A stretch of DNA of 64,000 nt from Escherichia phage vB_EcoM_JN03, in the sequence record OR885871; one strand, given 5' to 3'. Below the pieces are notes generated by a model that was given only the letters and a program-made list of their open reading frames with translations, was not told the origin of the DNA and did not search any database. Of this stretch, positions 26,424 through 36,672 are shown piece after piece. Within the stretch, counting starts at the first letter, position 1; each line of letters starts with the position of its first letter. Both the position numbers and the translations under genes were made by a program.

Positions 26424-26993
26424 TTATTTTAACACTTCTAACTTCACAACACGACGCAGAAGGTAAACATATTCGCCAGCAGCTTCATGCGTCATATAAT
26501 GGGTAGAAGGTGTGGAATGATTGTTCTGGGTTTCTTTTAATCCAACACGTTCTGCCCAACCATTAATAGAGTTCCCATAGAAACCGATAATCGCGCCAAA
26601 ATAAATGCGCTGGCTTTCTGGCTCTAAAACATAGTTGACAGTGAAACAAATATCAGAACGAATAGACTCCAGTTTCATACCAACACGACCTTCGGAGAAT
26701 TCGTTACGAACATATAAATGACGGAAACGATCGCGCCGCGCTTGTGATGATTCTTCCAATTCTTGTCGGAGTGAAGAAGTTACGTCAATATTAAATGAAA
26801 ATGTTGGATTCTGTAAATCGGAACGGGCCAACTCTAACGCAGATTCAACAACGCGACGGAAATTGATACTTTTACCTGTCAGGCGTTTCACTTCATCTGT
26901 GATTGTTCCAAAAGGGATTTTCGTGGCGCGTTCCCCTTCGTATTTTGCCAATAAAGGAATAATGTGTTTCATGATTGCTGTGTTAATGTGCAT
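26424..26993 (-). CDS. hypothetical protein (189 aa)
   Basis: ORF directly upstream (in transcription sense) of the RNA island. Confidence 0.5.
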   Translation of the reverse strand: MHINTAIMKHIIPLLAKYEGERATKIPFGTITDEVKRLTGKSINFRRVVESALELARSDLQNPTFSFNIDVTSSLRQELEESSQARRDRFRHLYVRNEFSEGRVGMKLESIRSDICFTVNYVLEPESQRIYFGAIIGFYGNSINGWAERVGLKETQNNHSTPSTHYMTHEAAGEYVYLLRRVVKLEVLK

Positions 26994-27309
26994 TCCGGAG
27001 CCTCACCGAATTGATTAAATGTCTCCATTATTATATTGGAGATACGTTTATTGAATATAAACACAGGAATGGCCAATAAAATAATGACAGTGATTATTAA
27101 TAGGTAAAAACTAATTTTCTACAACATCAAGAAACTGTATCTTAACGCGGTGCCCTTCGAGTTGTGAGTGTTAACGAACAACGAGAAGCAGCCTCCATGG
27201 CTGCGGAATGGGACTGCCTGTCAAGGCGGTGTTACGAGCGAGGGCGTCAGCCCCCTCGCGAGTATATTCGAATAAATTAAACGCGCGCGAGCGTTTTGAT
27301 TCCCGTTGG

Positions 27310-27316
27310 CTAAATA
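27310..27316 (+). promoter_or_regulatory. late promoter core CTAAATA upstream of baseplate wedge gene
   Basis: Same heptamer recurs upstream of at least eight plus-strand structural genes. Confidence 0.5.
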
Positions 27317-27356
27317 TCTTCAACACCATATTCAAACTCAGGTGATGGAGATTATC

Positions 27357-29138
27357 ATGGCCACGCAAACAGTTCCTTCACTCGACGTCAGAGCATTTGA
27401 ATACATTATTAAACAGCGAATGAAAGCTGATCCCACCTTTAAAGATTATGACTTTGAAGGTTCTGGTCTTAGTGCGATTATTCGTTTGTTGGCATCTGAC
27501 GCGAACGCCATAGCCTTTATGCAAAACATGCTTAATGGTGAAGGCCATTTGAAGACAGCAAATCAACGTTCAAACGTCGGTTTATCTGCTGCATTTCTTT
27601 CCTACACGCCTGACAACTATCGGGCAGCATACATGTATGTCAACATCAAAGTTACGCCTTATGACGCCAGCACAGCCCCCAATGAGATCATCATGGATCG
27701 GCGCGTAATGTTCGTTGGGGCAAAAGACGGCAGTTCCTACAACTTTACTGTTGAGAAACCAGTGTCAGCAACGTTGACTGCAGACGGTTATTACATGTTC
27801 AACAATGTAAAGTTGGTACAGGGGAATTGGTTGTACAAGACATATGATGTTGAAGGAAGCGCGATTTCAACATATACGATTCCTTCTGGGAATGTCGATA
27901 TCAATCATATGGTCGTGCAAGTACAAGAATCAGAGTCTTCCGACGTTTCGACGACATATCAACGTTACAACAGTCCATTTGATCTGAGCCAATATGCCCA
28001 CCTGTATTTCGTAGAATTGGGTATTGATGGTCTGTATGTGTTTGAATTCGGAGATGGTTATCTTTCGCGTCGAGTAGAAGATGGGAACGTCATATTCCTT
28101 CAATACTTAGAAACTTCTGGTGCTGATGGGAATGATATTACAAGCCTGTCATCAGCGTCATCCATAGGCGGGTTTAACCAGGTCGACGTAGAATTGGTTT
28201 CCGAACGTAGCGCAGGTGGAGACGATCCAGAATCTATTGAGGACACTAAACGGTTGGCTCCTTTAGCTTATCAGGCTGATGGTGCGGCGGTTACAGAAAC
28301 AGATTATGGTGTATTGACTGAAAGGTTATTCTCCAACGTCTCCCGAGCTAAATCATATGGTGGTGACACGCTGTCTCCTCCTGATTCTGGCTATGTTTAC
28401 ATCGCTGTTATACCTTCTGTTGGTGAGACACTTTCGGACGCTGAGAAGGCCGATATCGTTGCTGCTCTGGACAAGTATAATGTGGGATCTATTACCCCCA
28501 AAGTGGTAGACTCCGAGATCACATATATCCAAGTCTCAACGACTATATTTTGGGATCCTACTTCTACAGTCTACGTTGAAGAACAGATGAAAGTTGTTGT
28601 TGGAAACAGTATCGTTAAATGGGGTGAAAATAATCTCGGCGGATTTGACCAATTGTTTGACAAAGAAATATTGCAGGAAGCAATTACAAAAATGGAACGT
28701 TCTATCAACTCGAATATTACTTCAGTTGGTTATAAACGCCATTTCAAACCTGATTATGGAATCTTAGACAGTTTCACATTCAGTTATGGACGAAGTATCA
28801 AACCTGGTTCTGTGAAAATAACGGGGTTCAAACCGCTTCCTGCCGAGGTGGATTTCACTTACTACATGCGCGACGATAATGGCGATCTGAACATGTATAA
28901 AGTGAATAACAATGACACGACAAAAGAGTTTTTAGTTCAAAAAACAGGGGTTGTGGATTATGCAAATGGGGTTGTAGACCTTCAGCAGATCACGGTCTCT
29001 AACTATAACCCTGAAGGGGTGACCATAGTCGTGTTACCGGATGGACTGAACCAGAACATACAGGCTACACAAAACCAAGTATTCAAGATTGGTGATGTGG
29101 TTGTTACGCCAGAGGTGCGCTATGTCCAAAGATCTTAA
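27357..29138 (+). CDS. 6: baseplate wedge protein (T4 gp6-like)
   Basis: Start at MATQTV after GGAG RBS; segment DYDFEGSGLSAIIRLLASDANAIAFMQ matches T4 gp6 N-terminal region DYDFEGSRLNVLCDLLAYN. Confidence 0.7.
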   Translation: MATQTVPSLDVRAFEYIIKQRMKADPTFKDYDFEGSGLSAIIRLLASDANAIAFMQNMLNGEGHLKTANQRSNVGLSAAFLSYTPDNYRAAYMYVNIKVTPYDASTAPNEIIMDRRVMFVGAKDGSSYNFTVEKPVSATLTADGYYMFNNVKLVQGNWLYKTYDVEGSAISTYTIPSGNVDINHMVVQVQESESSDVSTTYQRYNSPFDLSQYAHLYFVELGIDGLYVFEFGDGYLSRRVEDGNVIFLQYLETSGADGNDITSLSSASSIGGFNQVDVELVSERSAGGDDPESIEDTKRLAPLAYQADGAAVTETDYGVLTERLFSNVSRAKSYGGDTLSPPDSGYVYIAVIPSVGETLSDAEKADIVAALDKYNVGSITPKVVDSEITYIQVSTTIFWDPTSTVYVEEQMKVVVGNSIVKWGENNLGGFDQLFDKEILQEAITKMERSINSNITSVGYKRHFKPDYGILDSFTFSYGRSIKPGSVKITGFKPLPAEVDFTYYMRDDNGDLNMYKVNNNDTTKEFLVQKTGVVDYANGVVDLQQITVSNYNPEGVTIVVLPDGLNQNIQATQNQVFKIGDVVVTPEVRYVQRS

Positions 29139-29976
29139 TAATGGACACAACGGGGTTAAGTATGAAACTCCGTTGTTCTACCAGAATGATTTCCCTCTGT
29201 TCATAGAATTTATGGACACGTTCTTCAATTGGTTGTATAGACAGCAGGGGTTCACTCAAGAAGAGATCTTGGCATATCTGGCAGATACGTCTAGTTGGAT
29301 GAATCCTGAGAGTGAAGATTCTCCGGTTAAACAGCTGATTGATTTAAAGGCTGACAAGACCCCAGGCTCAGAGGCCAAGGATTATTTGTCAGATAAATTT
29401 TTGGTCAGAACATTTGAGAACATGATGGCTCTGGATGCCGAAGAACTTTTAGATGCCGACGGAAGGCCGCTACTGTCAATAGAAGATAAGAACAAACAGA
29501 TAGATGACTGGTATAATGATTTTGGTTTCCAACGAACTGTTGATAAATCATTTCAGGAATTTGGTCATTTTATCCCAGTCGGTTCGGATTCTTTATTGAC
29601 GGCCACGGGCGATACGTTCTCTGTTTATATCGAAGGAACGAAACGGAGAACTCTGGATCATCCGCGTTGGCTGAAATTGTTGAAACACATCTATAAAATA
29701 CGTGGAACAAAGAAAGCGATTGAATTGTTCTTTTGGATATATTTCGGTTGTCCAGTCAGCGTCTATTTTACGAAAGAAGACATAGGCGGTCTGGACGGAA
29801 ATTTTGAATGTGACGGCACGACAGGGATGCGTGATGATTACTATTATGATGAATACACTTATGTTATAGGAGTCCCAGGCGACGTATCTGACTTTGAAGG
29901 TGTGTTTGAGCGCGTCTTCCGTCAGCATTTTCATCCTGCTGGATTTACTGTATTCCTAGAAAGCACAAGGAGCTAA
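29122..29976 (+). CDS. putative baseplate-associated protein (284 aa)
   Basis: Start at MSKDLNNGH with GAGGTG RBS; overlaps gp6 stop; position between baseplate wedge and fiber genes. Confidence 0.4.
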   Translation: MSKDLNNGHNGVKYETPLFYQNDFPLFIEFMDTFFNWLYRQQGFTQEEILAYLADTSSWMNPESEDSPVKQLIDLKADKTPGSEAKDYLSDKFLVRTFENMMALDAEELLDADGRPLLSIEDKNKQIDDWYNDFGFQRTVDKSFQEFGHFIPVGSDSLLTATGDTFSVYIEGTKRRTLDHPRWLKLLKHIYKIRGTKKAIELFFWIYFGCPVSVYFTKEDIGGLDGNFECDGTTGMRDDYYYDEYTYVIGVPGDVSDFEGVFERVFRQHFHPAGFTVFLESTRS

Positions 29977-29978
29977 AA

Positions 29979-31169
29979 ATGGCCGATTTCCTGAGTCAAT
30001 ATACAGGTCAGCAGATAGATCAGATATTGGGTTCTGTTGACGACAAAGTAAGTAAAAATGACGTTATTAACGATTTTGAAGTTAACGACCCATTGTTTCC
30101 ACCATCTGCTCGCCTGACATATGAGTTGAAAAGATCTGTTGACACAATCAATGATACTCTGGCCAACAAAGTTATTCGTACAGATAGTGGTGAACAAACA
30201 ATCAATGGCAAAAAGACTTTCAATGCGTTGTTGGTGACCAATGGGGGCATACAAGTTCCCGCCGGAAAATCCGTTTCAATCACAGATGAACCAACGAACT
30301 CGACAGATGGTGTTAACCTGAGCATGTTGAGAAAGCATGGCGTCAGTGAAGACACTACCCCGCCTGGTTCTGGTTTGGCTGGGGAGTTGTTGACATCCGG
30401 ATATTACAAATTCAATTTGGACTTCACCAGGTTGTCTGCGTATACCGGACCAACGTTGCCGACTTCAGTTCCAGTACAAACAGATTCTGGAGCGCGTTAT
30501 TGGACAATGACTGCATTTTTTGATGCGTTGTTTGCAGACAACCGATTTAATGGATATGTGACAACGACAGCGTATGACGCAGATATGCTGAGTCTAGAAT
30601 CCCAGATTAATAACATCAACACGTCGTTGAACGGGAAAGTCAACACCTCGACTTACAACACTAAGATGGCGTCATTGGATTTGAGTATCTCCAATATCAA
30701 TACGTCTCTGGGTAATAAAGTCGAGGTCAGCACGTACAACACGAAGATGGCATCTCTGGATAACAGCATCAGTTCTCTTTCCAGTGATAAAGTTAGTGTA
30801 TCAACGTATAATGCCAAGATGACCTCTATCGACAATAGTTTGGGGAACGCCGTTTATCGTACCAAAACGAATTTGTCGTCATACACGGTTTCGGCTTCTG
30901 GAACGACGGCTCTTCCAGATTTTGATTTGGTGAACCTTTGTCAAATACTGGTAACTGCGCAATGGGGGATAGGTAACGTTGTTGACACATATCGAGTAAC
31001 CATAACTCGTGACGGAACGATCAAATCAGAGTTGTTAGTTCAGAAAAGTACGAGTGGTACAGTGACGTTCACAGGGTCTGTGGTGGGCGGTAAATTGAGA
31101 ATTTCCGTTGTTAATGCGAATACAACAACTGCTTGTTCTGTTGATTATTCTATTGCAGCTTCTTTCTAA
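29979..31169 (+). CDS. tail fiber protein with three tandem repeats
   Basis: Fiber-type N-terminal segment; repeats VNTSTYNTKMASLDLSISNINTSLGNK x3, also visible as ~60-nt DNA repeats. Confidence 0.6.
   Translation: MADFLSQYTGQQIDQILGSVDDKVSKNDVINDFEVNDPLFPPSARLTYELKRSVDTINDTLANKVIRTDSGEQTINGKKTFNALLVTNGGIQVPAGKSVSITDEPTNSTDGVNLSMLRKHGVSEDTTPPGSGLAGELLTSGYYKFNLDFTRLSAYTGPTLPTSVPVQTDSGARYWTMTAFFDALFADNRFNGYVTTTAYDADMLSLESQINNINTSLNGKVNTSTYNTKMASLDLSISNINTSLGNKVEVSTYNTKMASLDNSISSLSSDKVSVSTYNAKMTSIDNSLGNAVYRTKTNLSSYTVSASGTTALPDFDLVNLCQILVTAQWGIGNVVDTYRVTITRDGTIKSELLVQKSTSGTVTFTGSVVGGKLRISVVNANTTTACSVDYSIAASF
30590..30850 (+). repeat. three tandem ~60-nt direct repeats inside the tail fiber gene
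   Basis: Repeated ...STYNTKMASLD...SISNINTSLGNK coding units. Confidence 0.55.
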
Positions 31170-31171
31170 AA

Positions 31172-31211
31172 CTAAATACCCCTAGATGACATGAATACAT
31201 TTAGGGGTATT
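31172..31211 (+). promoter_or_regulatory. late promoter CTAAATA fused to a 10-bp 5'-UTR inverted repeat whose 3' arm carries the Shine-Dalgarno sequence
   Basis: AATACCCCTA ... TAGGGGTATT, ATG at 31216. Confidence 0.5.
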
Positions 31212-31215
31212 ACAA

Positions 31216-34200
31216 ATGGCCAACAAACCAACACAGCCTCTTTTCCCTTTGGGTTTAGAAACTTCTGAGTCTTCGAACATAAAAGGCTTCAACAACTCCG
31301 GCACTATTGAGCATTCCCCTGGTGCCGTAATGACATTTCCTGAAGATACTGAAGTTACAGGTCTTCCATCTTCTGTGCGTTACAATCCTGATAGTGATGA
31401 ATTTGAAGGTTATTACGAAAACGGTGGTTGGTTGTCTTTGGGGGGCGGTGGAATACGCTGGGAAACGCTCCCTCACGCTCCCTCTAGCAATTTGTTAGAA
31501 GGTCGTGGCTATCTCATTAATAATACCACAGGGACATCTACAGTGGTTCTCCCTTCCCCTACGCGTATTGGGGATTCCGTTACTATTTGTGATGCTTATG
31601 GGAAATTTGCCACTTACCCATTGACCGTGTCTCCTTCTGGAAATAATTTGTATGGCTCCACTGAAGACATGGCTATAACAACTGATAACGTATCAGCAAC
31701 GTTTACTTGGTCTGGACCTGAACAAGGTTGGGTTATCACATCCGGCGTCGGTCTTGGTCAAGGTCGTGTGTACAGTCGTGAAATATTTACACAAATTTTG
31801 GCGTCTGAAACAAGTGCTGTCACTCTCAATACTCCACCAACAATCGTGGACGTGTATGCTGACGGAAAACGTCTTGCGGAATCCAAATATTCATTAGATG
31901 GGAATGTAATCACTTTCAGTCCTTCTTTGCCAGCCAGCACAGAACTTCAGGTGATTGAATATACTCCTATTCAATTGGGTAATGGCGGTGGTTCTGGTTC
32001 TTCTACAATTACCTGGGTCTATAATGGGGGTTCAGCGATTGGCGGTGAAACCGAAATCACGTTAGACATCGTTGTTGATGATGTTCCAGCCATTGATATA
32101 AACGGAAGTCGCCAGTATAAAAATCTGGGGTTCACATTCGATCCATTAACCAGTAAAATCACTCTTGCGCAAGAACTGGATGCGGAGGATGAAGTTGTTG
32201 TAATTATCAATGGAACGCCAAACATCTATAATCAAATTGATTATACTTTGCGGGAAGTGGCTCGTGTAACCAATGTTAAAGATACAGAGGTCATTTATTT
32301 TAGTGTTGGTGCTGTGTTAAGTGGATATAAAGTTATCTATGATAAAGTAACACAGAGATCATATTTTATTCCAGAGTTACCGACTGGAACCACGGCGGTC
32401 AGCCTTAGTTCTTCGGCTGTACTTGTGCATTCTGCTGGTAGTGTTGATCTGGGCGCATTAGCTGTATCTCGTGAAGAATACGTAACATTGTCTGGGACAT
32501 TTGATTCTGGTGCTGTCATCAATGTTAAAAATGAATTACTCACCCACACGGATGGAAAGTATCGCTGGGATGGGGAATTCCCCAAAATCGTTCCGGATGG
32601 TTCAACTCCGGCGACGTCTGGTGGCATTGGTATTGGGTCATGGGTTGCAGTAGGTAATGAAGCAATACGTGTAGAGCTTGCAAGTCCTGCAAGTGGGTAT
32701 GGTGCTGAAATGGTAGCACTGAAACAGCCAGTTTCTGGCTCAAAAGAGCGCACTGTTTACGACTGGATTGCTGATATCATAACTGCAAAGGATGGGGATA
32801 GTATTGTTGCAGATGGTATTAATAATGATGCTGTTGGTATAAACGCTTTCCTACCTGTACTGGCAGCAGCGCAGCGTGAACTCCTTTTAGTTCCTGGCGT
32901 TTATTTGATAAACGATGACATTACAATAGATATTCCGGTAACGATCCAGCCAGGTGCAATCCTGAAGCCTAGAAATGGTGCGCAACTTACGTTCAAATCA
33001 GAGATAAGAGCTGGATGCTATAAAATATTCGACACCGAGGATGATTTTTACACGTCACCTGTCGCCGTGCCATCTGTAAAGATAGCAAAAGGCGGAGTAA
33101 AACCAGAGTGGTTTGGTGCTGCTACGGTGAGTTCTTATGATGAGATTGCATCAGCGGTTAACTGCTCTCCGGCATTCATGAAAGCGTGGAGGGCAACAAC
33201 TGGGGAATATACCGCAAACGTTACGGCATCATACAGGCAGTCTGAGTACATGCACTCGTATATAGACCTATCCGCTGGAAAATACCGCATGGATAAAGAG
33301 GTATTCCTTGGTCACACTGATTTCACACCAACAACTGTAAGATACAACAAAAACGGTGGTGGCGTTATAGGGCAAGGTGCAGGTTTATCTATTCTGGTAT
33401 TCACTGACAGCGAGTATGCTGGGAACGCATATTTTACCGCAAATGATATGTCAGGAGAAATGCACACGTTTAAAGGATTTAAATGTACAGCATTCGATCC
33501 ATCAAAAACAGGCACTGCTCAGTATGAAACAAAAGTTGGCGCAATGATTCTGATTGGTAGCGCTGATTCCATAACTACTTCTGATTTATGGGCCGCTGGA
33601 GCGACTACTGTCGTTGCAGATACTAATGGCTTTGGTAGAGGTGGTGTTGGCATTCAGTTTGATTCTCTTGTAGACCATCAATTTTCTGACCTGTTAGTTG
33701 AACATTGTGTGCATGGGGTGGCATTCAGTTCATGCATTTCAACAGGAAATAACATTAAGGGGTTTGCAAACAAAATTAGTGATTTGTCATTCGGAAACTA
33801 CATCCCTGACTGGCCTCAAATGGTATCACAAACAACTAAGAATACTATAGGGGTTAACGGTTTCGAGTCTAAATTCTGCCTGAATAACCCAATAACATTT
33901 GGCACATATGACAACATGGTTGATATAACCGGTGTTGTTGTTGATGGTCGTGCAGAGTCCTCACTGTCAGTCGTTACCAACCGTGTGATTGGATTTGGTG
34001 TTGGTGGTGGTGTGTCAGGCACTATTTCTGGGTCTGCCAGGAATCTGCTTTTAGGACTAATTGCAGATTTCGGGGTCTCATTTGCAGGAAGGGACGGCGC
34101 ACCATTAAGACTTAATTTCGATATCGAGAATATTGTTGGGGCCTCATCTTCTGAAAACGCCGTTGTCGCTGTTGATAAATCTGACTCCAATTTAATTGGT

Positions 34201-34509
34201 TCGATTGGTATCTCATCATCTGTGTTTCCTATATTGAGGTCATCTAGCACCACCACCACAATTGAAATAAATGCTAGCGACATAACACTAACAACAGGAA
34301 GCCCTTCTGGAACAAATGCAATCTTATGTAAAGGTGGTAACTTAAACGTCACGGCTTTAAAGATATCAAACTCAACAGGAATAACTGGGTTAGTCTACGC
34401 AGAAAATAGTTCTGTATTACTACCTACACACACTATAAGCCCAACAAGAGCAGTGACAAAAGTTGGCGGAGCGACTATTAAATCGTACTCTATAACTGAT
34501 TTTGCTTAA
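31216..34509 (+). CDS. tailspike protein (1097 aa), paralog 1
   Basis: Shares conserved module (EVIYFSVG...YKVIYDK...SVDLGALAVSREEYVTL...KYRWDG...GSTPATSGG) with three downstream paralogs; divergent C-terminus. Confidence 0.65.
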   Translation: MANKPTQPLFPLGLETSESSNIKGFNNSGTIEHSPGAVMTFPEDTEVTGLPSSVRYNPDSDEFEGYYENGGWLSLGGGGIRWETLPHAPSSNLLEGRGYLINNTTGTSTVVLPSPTRIGDSVTICDAYGKFATYPLTVSPSGNNLYGSTEDMAITTDNVSATFTWSGPEQGWVITSGVGLGQGRVYSREIFTQILASETSAVTLNTPPTIVDVYADGKRLAESKYSLDGNVITFSPSLPASTELQVIEYTPIQLGNGGGSGSSTITWVYNGGSAIGGETEITLDIVVDDVPAIDINGSRQYKNLGFTFDPLTSKITLAQELDAEDEVVVIINGTPNIYNQIDYTLREVARVTNVKDTEVIYFSVGAVLSGYKVIYDKVTQRSYFIPELPTGTTAVSLSSSAVLVHSAGSVDLGALAVSREEYVTLSGTFDSGAVINVKNELLTHTDGKYRWDGEFPKIVPDGSTPATSGGIGIGSWVAVGNEAIRVELASPASGYGAEMVALKQPVSGSKERTVYDWIADIITAKDGDSIVADGINNDAVGINAFLPVLAAAQRELLLVPGVYLINDDITIDIPVTIQPGAILKPRNGAQLTFKSEIRAGCYKIFDTEDDFYTSPVAVPSVKIAKGGVKPEWFGAATVSSYDEIASAVNCSPAFMKAWRATTGEYTANVTASYRQSEYMHSYIDLSAGKYRMDKEVFLGHTDFTPTTVRYNKNGGGVIGQGAGLSILVFTDSEYAGNAYFTANDMSGEMHTFKGFKCTAFDPSKTGTAQYETKVGAMILIGSADSITTSDLWAAGATTVVADTNGFGRGGVGIQFDSLVDHQFSDLLVEHCVHGVAFSSCISTGNNIKGFANKISDLSFGNYIPDWPQMVSQTTKNTIGVNGFESKFCLNNPITFGTYDNMVDITGVVVDGRAESSLSVVTNRVIGFGVGGGVSGTISGSARNLLLGLIADFGVSFAGRDGAPLRLNFDIENIVGASSSENAVVAVDKSDSNLIGSIGISSSVFPILRSSSTTTTIEINASDITLTTGSPSGTNAILCKGGNLNVTALKISNSTGITGLVYAENSSVLLPTHTISPTRAVTKVGGATIKSYSITDFA

Positions 34510-34511
34510 CA

Positions 34512-34540
34512 AAAACCCCGCTTCGGTGGGGTTCTTATTA
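34512..34540 (+). terminator. rho-independent terminator
   Basis: CCCCGC-TTCG-GTGGGG hairpin followed by T-rich run. Confidence 0.6.
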
Positions 34541-34571
34541 TACCTTTGTTCATAAATTTTATTAGTTCAGA

Positions 34572-34608
34572 CTAAATACCCCATATTGGTCATCCTTTAT
34601 GGGGTATT
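34572..34608 (+). promoter_or_regulatory. late promoter CTAAATA plus 11-bp 5'-UTR inverted repeat
   Basis: AATACCCCATA (34575-34585) and TATGGGGTATT (34598-34608), ATG at 34612. Confidence 0.5.
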
Positions 34609-34611
34609 ATC

Positions 34612-36525
34612 ATGATTTCTCAATTCAATCAACCACGCGGCTCCACTTCCATAGAAGTTAACAAACAATCTATCGCTCGAAATTTCGGTGTCAAAGAAGA
34701 CGAAGTCATTTATTTCACTGTCGGTATTGATCTCAGCGGATTTAAAGTAATTTATGATGAGTCTACCCAACGGGCTTATTCTCTTCCTTCGGGTATTGTT
34801 TCAGGAACGATTGCGATAAGTCTGAACGAACAAGCCATCCTTACTCATTCTTCTGGCTCTGTTGACCTTGGGGAATTAGCAGTAAGCCGCGAAGAATATG
34901 TGACTTTACCTGGTTCTTTTAATTTCGGTCATACCATTAATGTGAAAAATGAACTTCTTGTTCACGATGATAAAAAATATCGATGGGATGGTTCTTTGCC
35001 AAAGGCAGTTGCCGCTGGTTCTACACCCGATAACTCAGGCGGTGTTGGTTTAGGTGCATGGTTGAGTGTTGGTGATGTATCATTGAGAGCGGATTTGGCT
35101 AGTGGCACACTTGGTAAAGGTGCGAATCTTTTGACATATAAGTCACAAGTATCAAACTCGGTTGCTATAAGCCAACAAATTAAAAATAGTGAAAGGGTTT
35201 CTGTTTTTGAGTATTTGGCTAAGCCTATTCCTGGTTTTGATAATGCATCAGCATTCGCTGCTATGAAAGCTGATGCTGAAGCAGGTGTTGTAATAACAGT
35301 ACCTTCAGGAGTATATGAAACATCTGAACCACTGAGATTCACAAAACCTGTTCAAATATGGTTTGATGTAGGAGTGCGAATAAAACTTACATCTGGTGCA
35401 CATGACCATGTTGTGGAAATAGATTTACGTGGACAAGATGAGGGGTATTGGGGGTATAAACCTTTCTTTGGTGGTGGCAGGGTTATTCTTGATGGTCTTG
35501 GTCATGCTAAGTACGGGCTATCACTTCGTGGCGTAATATCTGGTGGTTTTCCTGGTATTCAAGCAACCAATATAACAACTGCTGGGTTATATCTGGCTTG
35601 GACTCAATGCTGTACATACACTGATTTTATTTGCTCTAATAACGTGGAGGTTTTCACAACAAAACCCCTGCACGGTATTTTAGTAGATAAAGATAACAAT
35701 CCGTCAAATCCACGTGGTACATCATGCGATATCTTTATTAACCCATGTGTAGAGCACACTGCGGGTGATGGGTTTGTAGGACTAAGCCTGATGAACTCAA
35801 TGGTTATAAACGGAACAATCGAGGGAAACCTTGGCGCAGGCATTTCATTGGGGCATCCTACAGATAATACTTACACTGCACTGGGTAATACATTTCTTGG
35901 TATTGACCTTGAGGTGAACACGCTAACTGATATTGTGATTAACAAGTTTTCACACATGAACGAGTTCATAGGACTCAAATCAGGTTATTCATCTCCATCA
36001 GTTCAGGTCAGAGGTTTTCGTAACTATTTCTCTGGAGGTACTGTTAGCGATTTCGACTTCAGGCCAGATAGCCATGACAACCACGTACAGGATGTAACAC
36101 TTTTAGCTGAGTTTCCTGTTGTTAATGATGAAGGGATAAGAAACACTTATGAAAGATTATGGAATCTTAACAATGCTCAAGTTAACGTAAGCACAAACCC
36201 TGTTAACACAAGAAGCAATCAGCCTATAGCGGGAGGTGAGACAGTAACGTTAGACCCATATAAAGCATCCTATGTTGTATGCACCGCAACAGGAACACCT
36301 ATTAATATAGTTTCTGCCACCAAAAAATTAGATGGAGCAAGAATAGATTTGACAATTCACAATGCATCAGGAACAGATTCATTAGTCATTAACTGGGCAT
36401 CAGATATTAGAGTTGGCAATTTTACTCCTCCACCAGCAGGTAAACATAAGGGGTTATCACTAAGATATGATGCTAATTACGGTTATTGGACTGTAGTTGG
36501 TGTTGGACTGGACGCTTTATCGTGA
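34612..36525 (+). CDS. tailspike protein (637 aa), paralog 2
   Basis: Conserved module near N-terminus; divergent C-terminal domain. Confidence 0.65.
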   Translation: MISQFNQPRGSTSIEVNKQSIARNFGVKEDEVIYFTVGIDLSGFKVIYDESTQRAYSLPSGIVSGTIAISLNEQAILTHSSGSVDLGELAVSREEYVTLPGSFNFGHTINVKNELLVHDDKKYRWDGSLPKAVAAGSTPDNSGGVGLGAWLSVGDVSLRADLASGTLGKGANLLTYKSQVSNSVAISQQIKNSERVSVFEYLAKPIPGFDNASAFAAMKADAEAGVVITVPSGVYETSEPLRFTKPVQIWFDVGVRIKLTSGAHDHVVEIDLRGQDEGYWGYKPFFGGGRVILDGLGHAKYGLSLRGVISGGFPGIQATNITTAGLYLAWTQCCTYTDFICSNNVEVFTTKPLHGILVDKDNNPSNPRGTSCDIFINPCVEHTAGDGFVGLSLMNSMVINGTIEGNLGAGISLGHPTDNTYTALGNTFLGIDLEVNTLTDIVINKFSHMNEFIGLKSGYSSPSVQVRGFRNYFSGGTVSDFDFRPDSHDNHVQDVTLLAEFPVVNDEGIRNTYERLWNLNNAQVNVSTNPVNTRSNQPIAGGETVTLDPYKASYVVCTATGTPINIVSATKKLDGARIDLTIHNASGTDSLVINWASDIRVGNFTPPPAGKHKGLSLRYDANYGYWTVVGVGLDALS

Positions 36526-36570
36526 CATCACCAACATTATAAAATGATGTTGTTGCTGTTAAAATTTAAA

Positions 36571-36598
36571 TAACCCCGCTTTGGCGGGGTTCTTGTTA
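36571..36598 (+). terminator. rho-independent terminator
   Basis: CCCCGC-TTTG-GCGGGG hairpin plus T-run. Confidence 0.6.
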
Positions 36599-36629
36599 TA
36601 CCTTTGTTCATAAATTTTATTAGTTCAGA

Positions 36630-36667
36630 CTAAATACCCCATATTGGCAAATCCTTTATGGGGTATT
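36630..36667 (+). promoter_or_regulatory. late promoter CTAAATA plus 11-bp 5'-UTR inverted repeat
   Basis: Near-identical to the cassette at 34572-34608. Confidence 0.5.
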
Positions 36668-36672
36668 TTCAA

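Noticed and set aside
27306-27356. TTG start at 27306 for the baseplate wedge gene
   Set aside because: The ATG at 27357 has a GGAG RBS at the correct spacing, and the 27306 start would put the CTAAATA promoter inside the coding sequence.
36658-36672. ATG at 36658 as tailspike 3 start
   Set aside because: It lies inside the 3' arm of the conserved 5'-UTR hairpin and has no upstream RBS. By analogy with the two sister cassettes, the start is the ATG at 36673.
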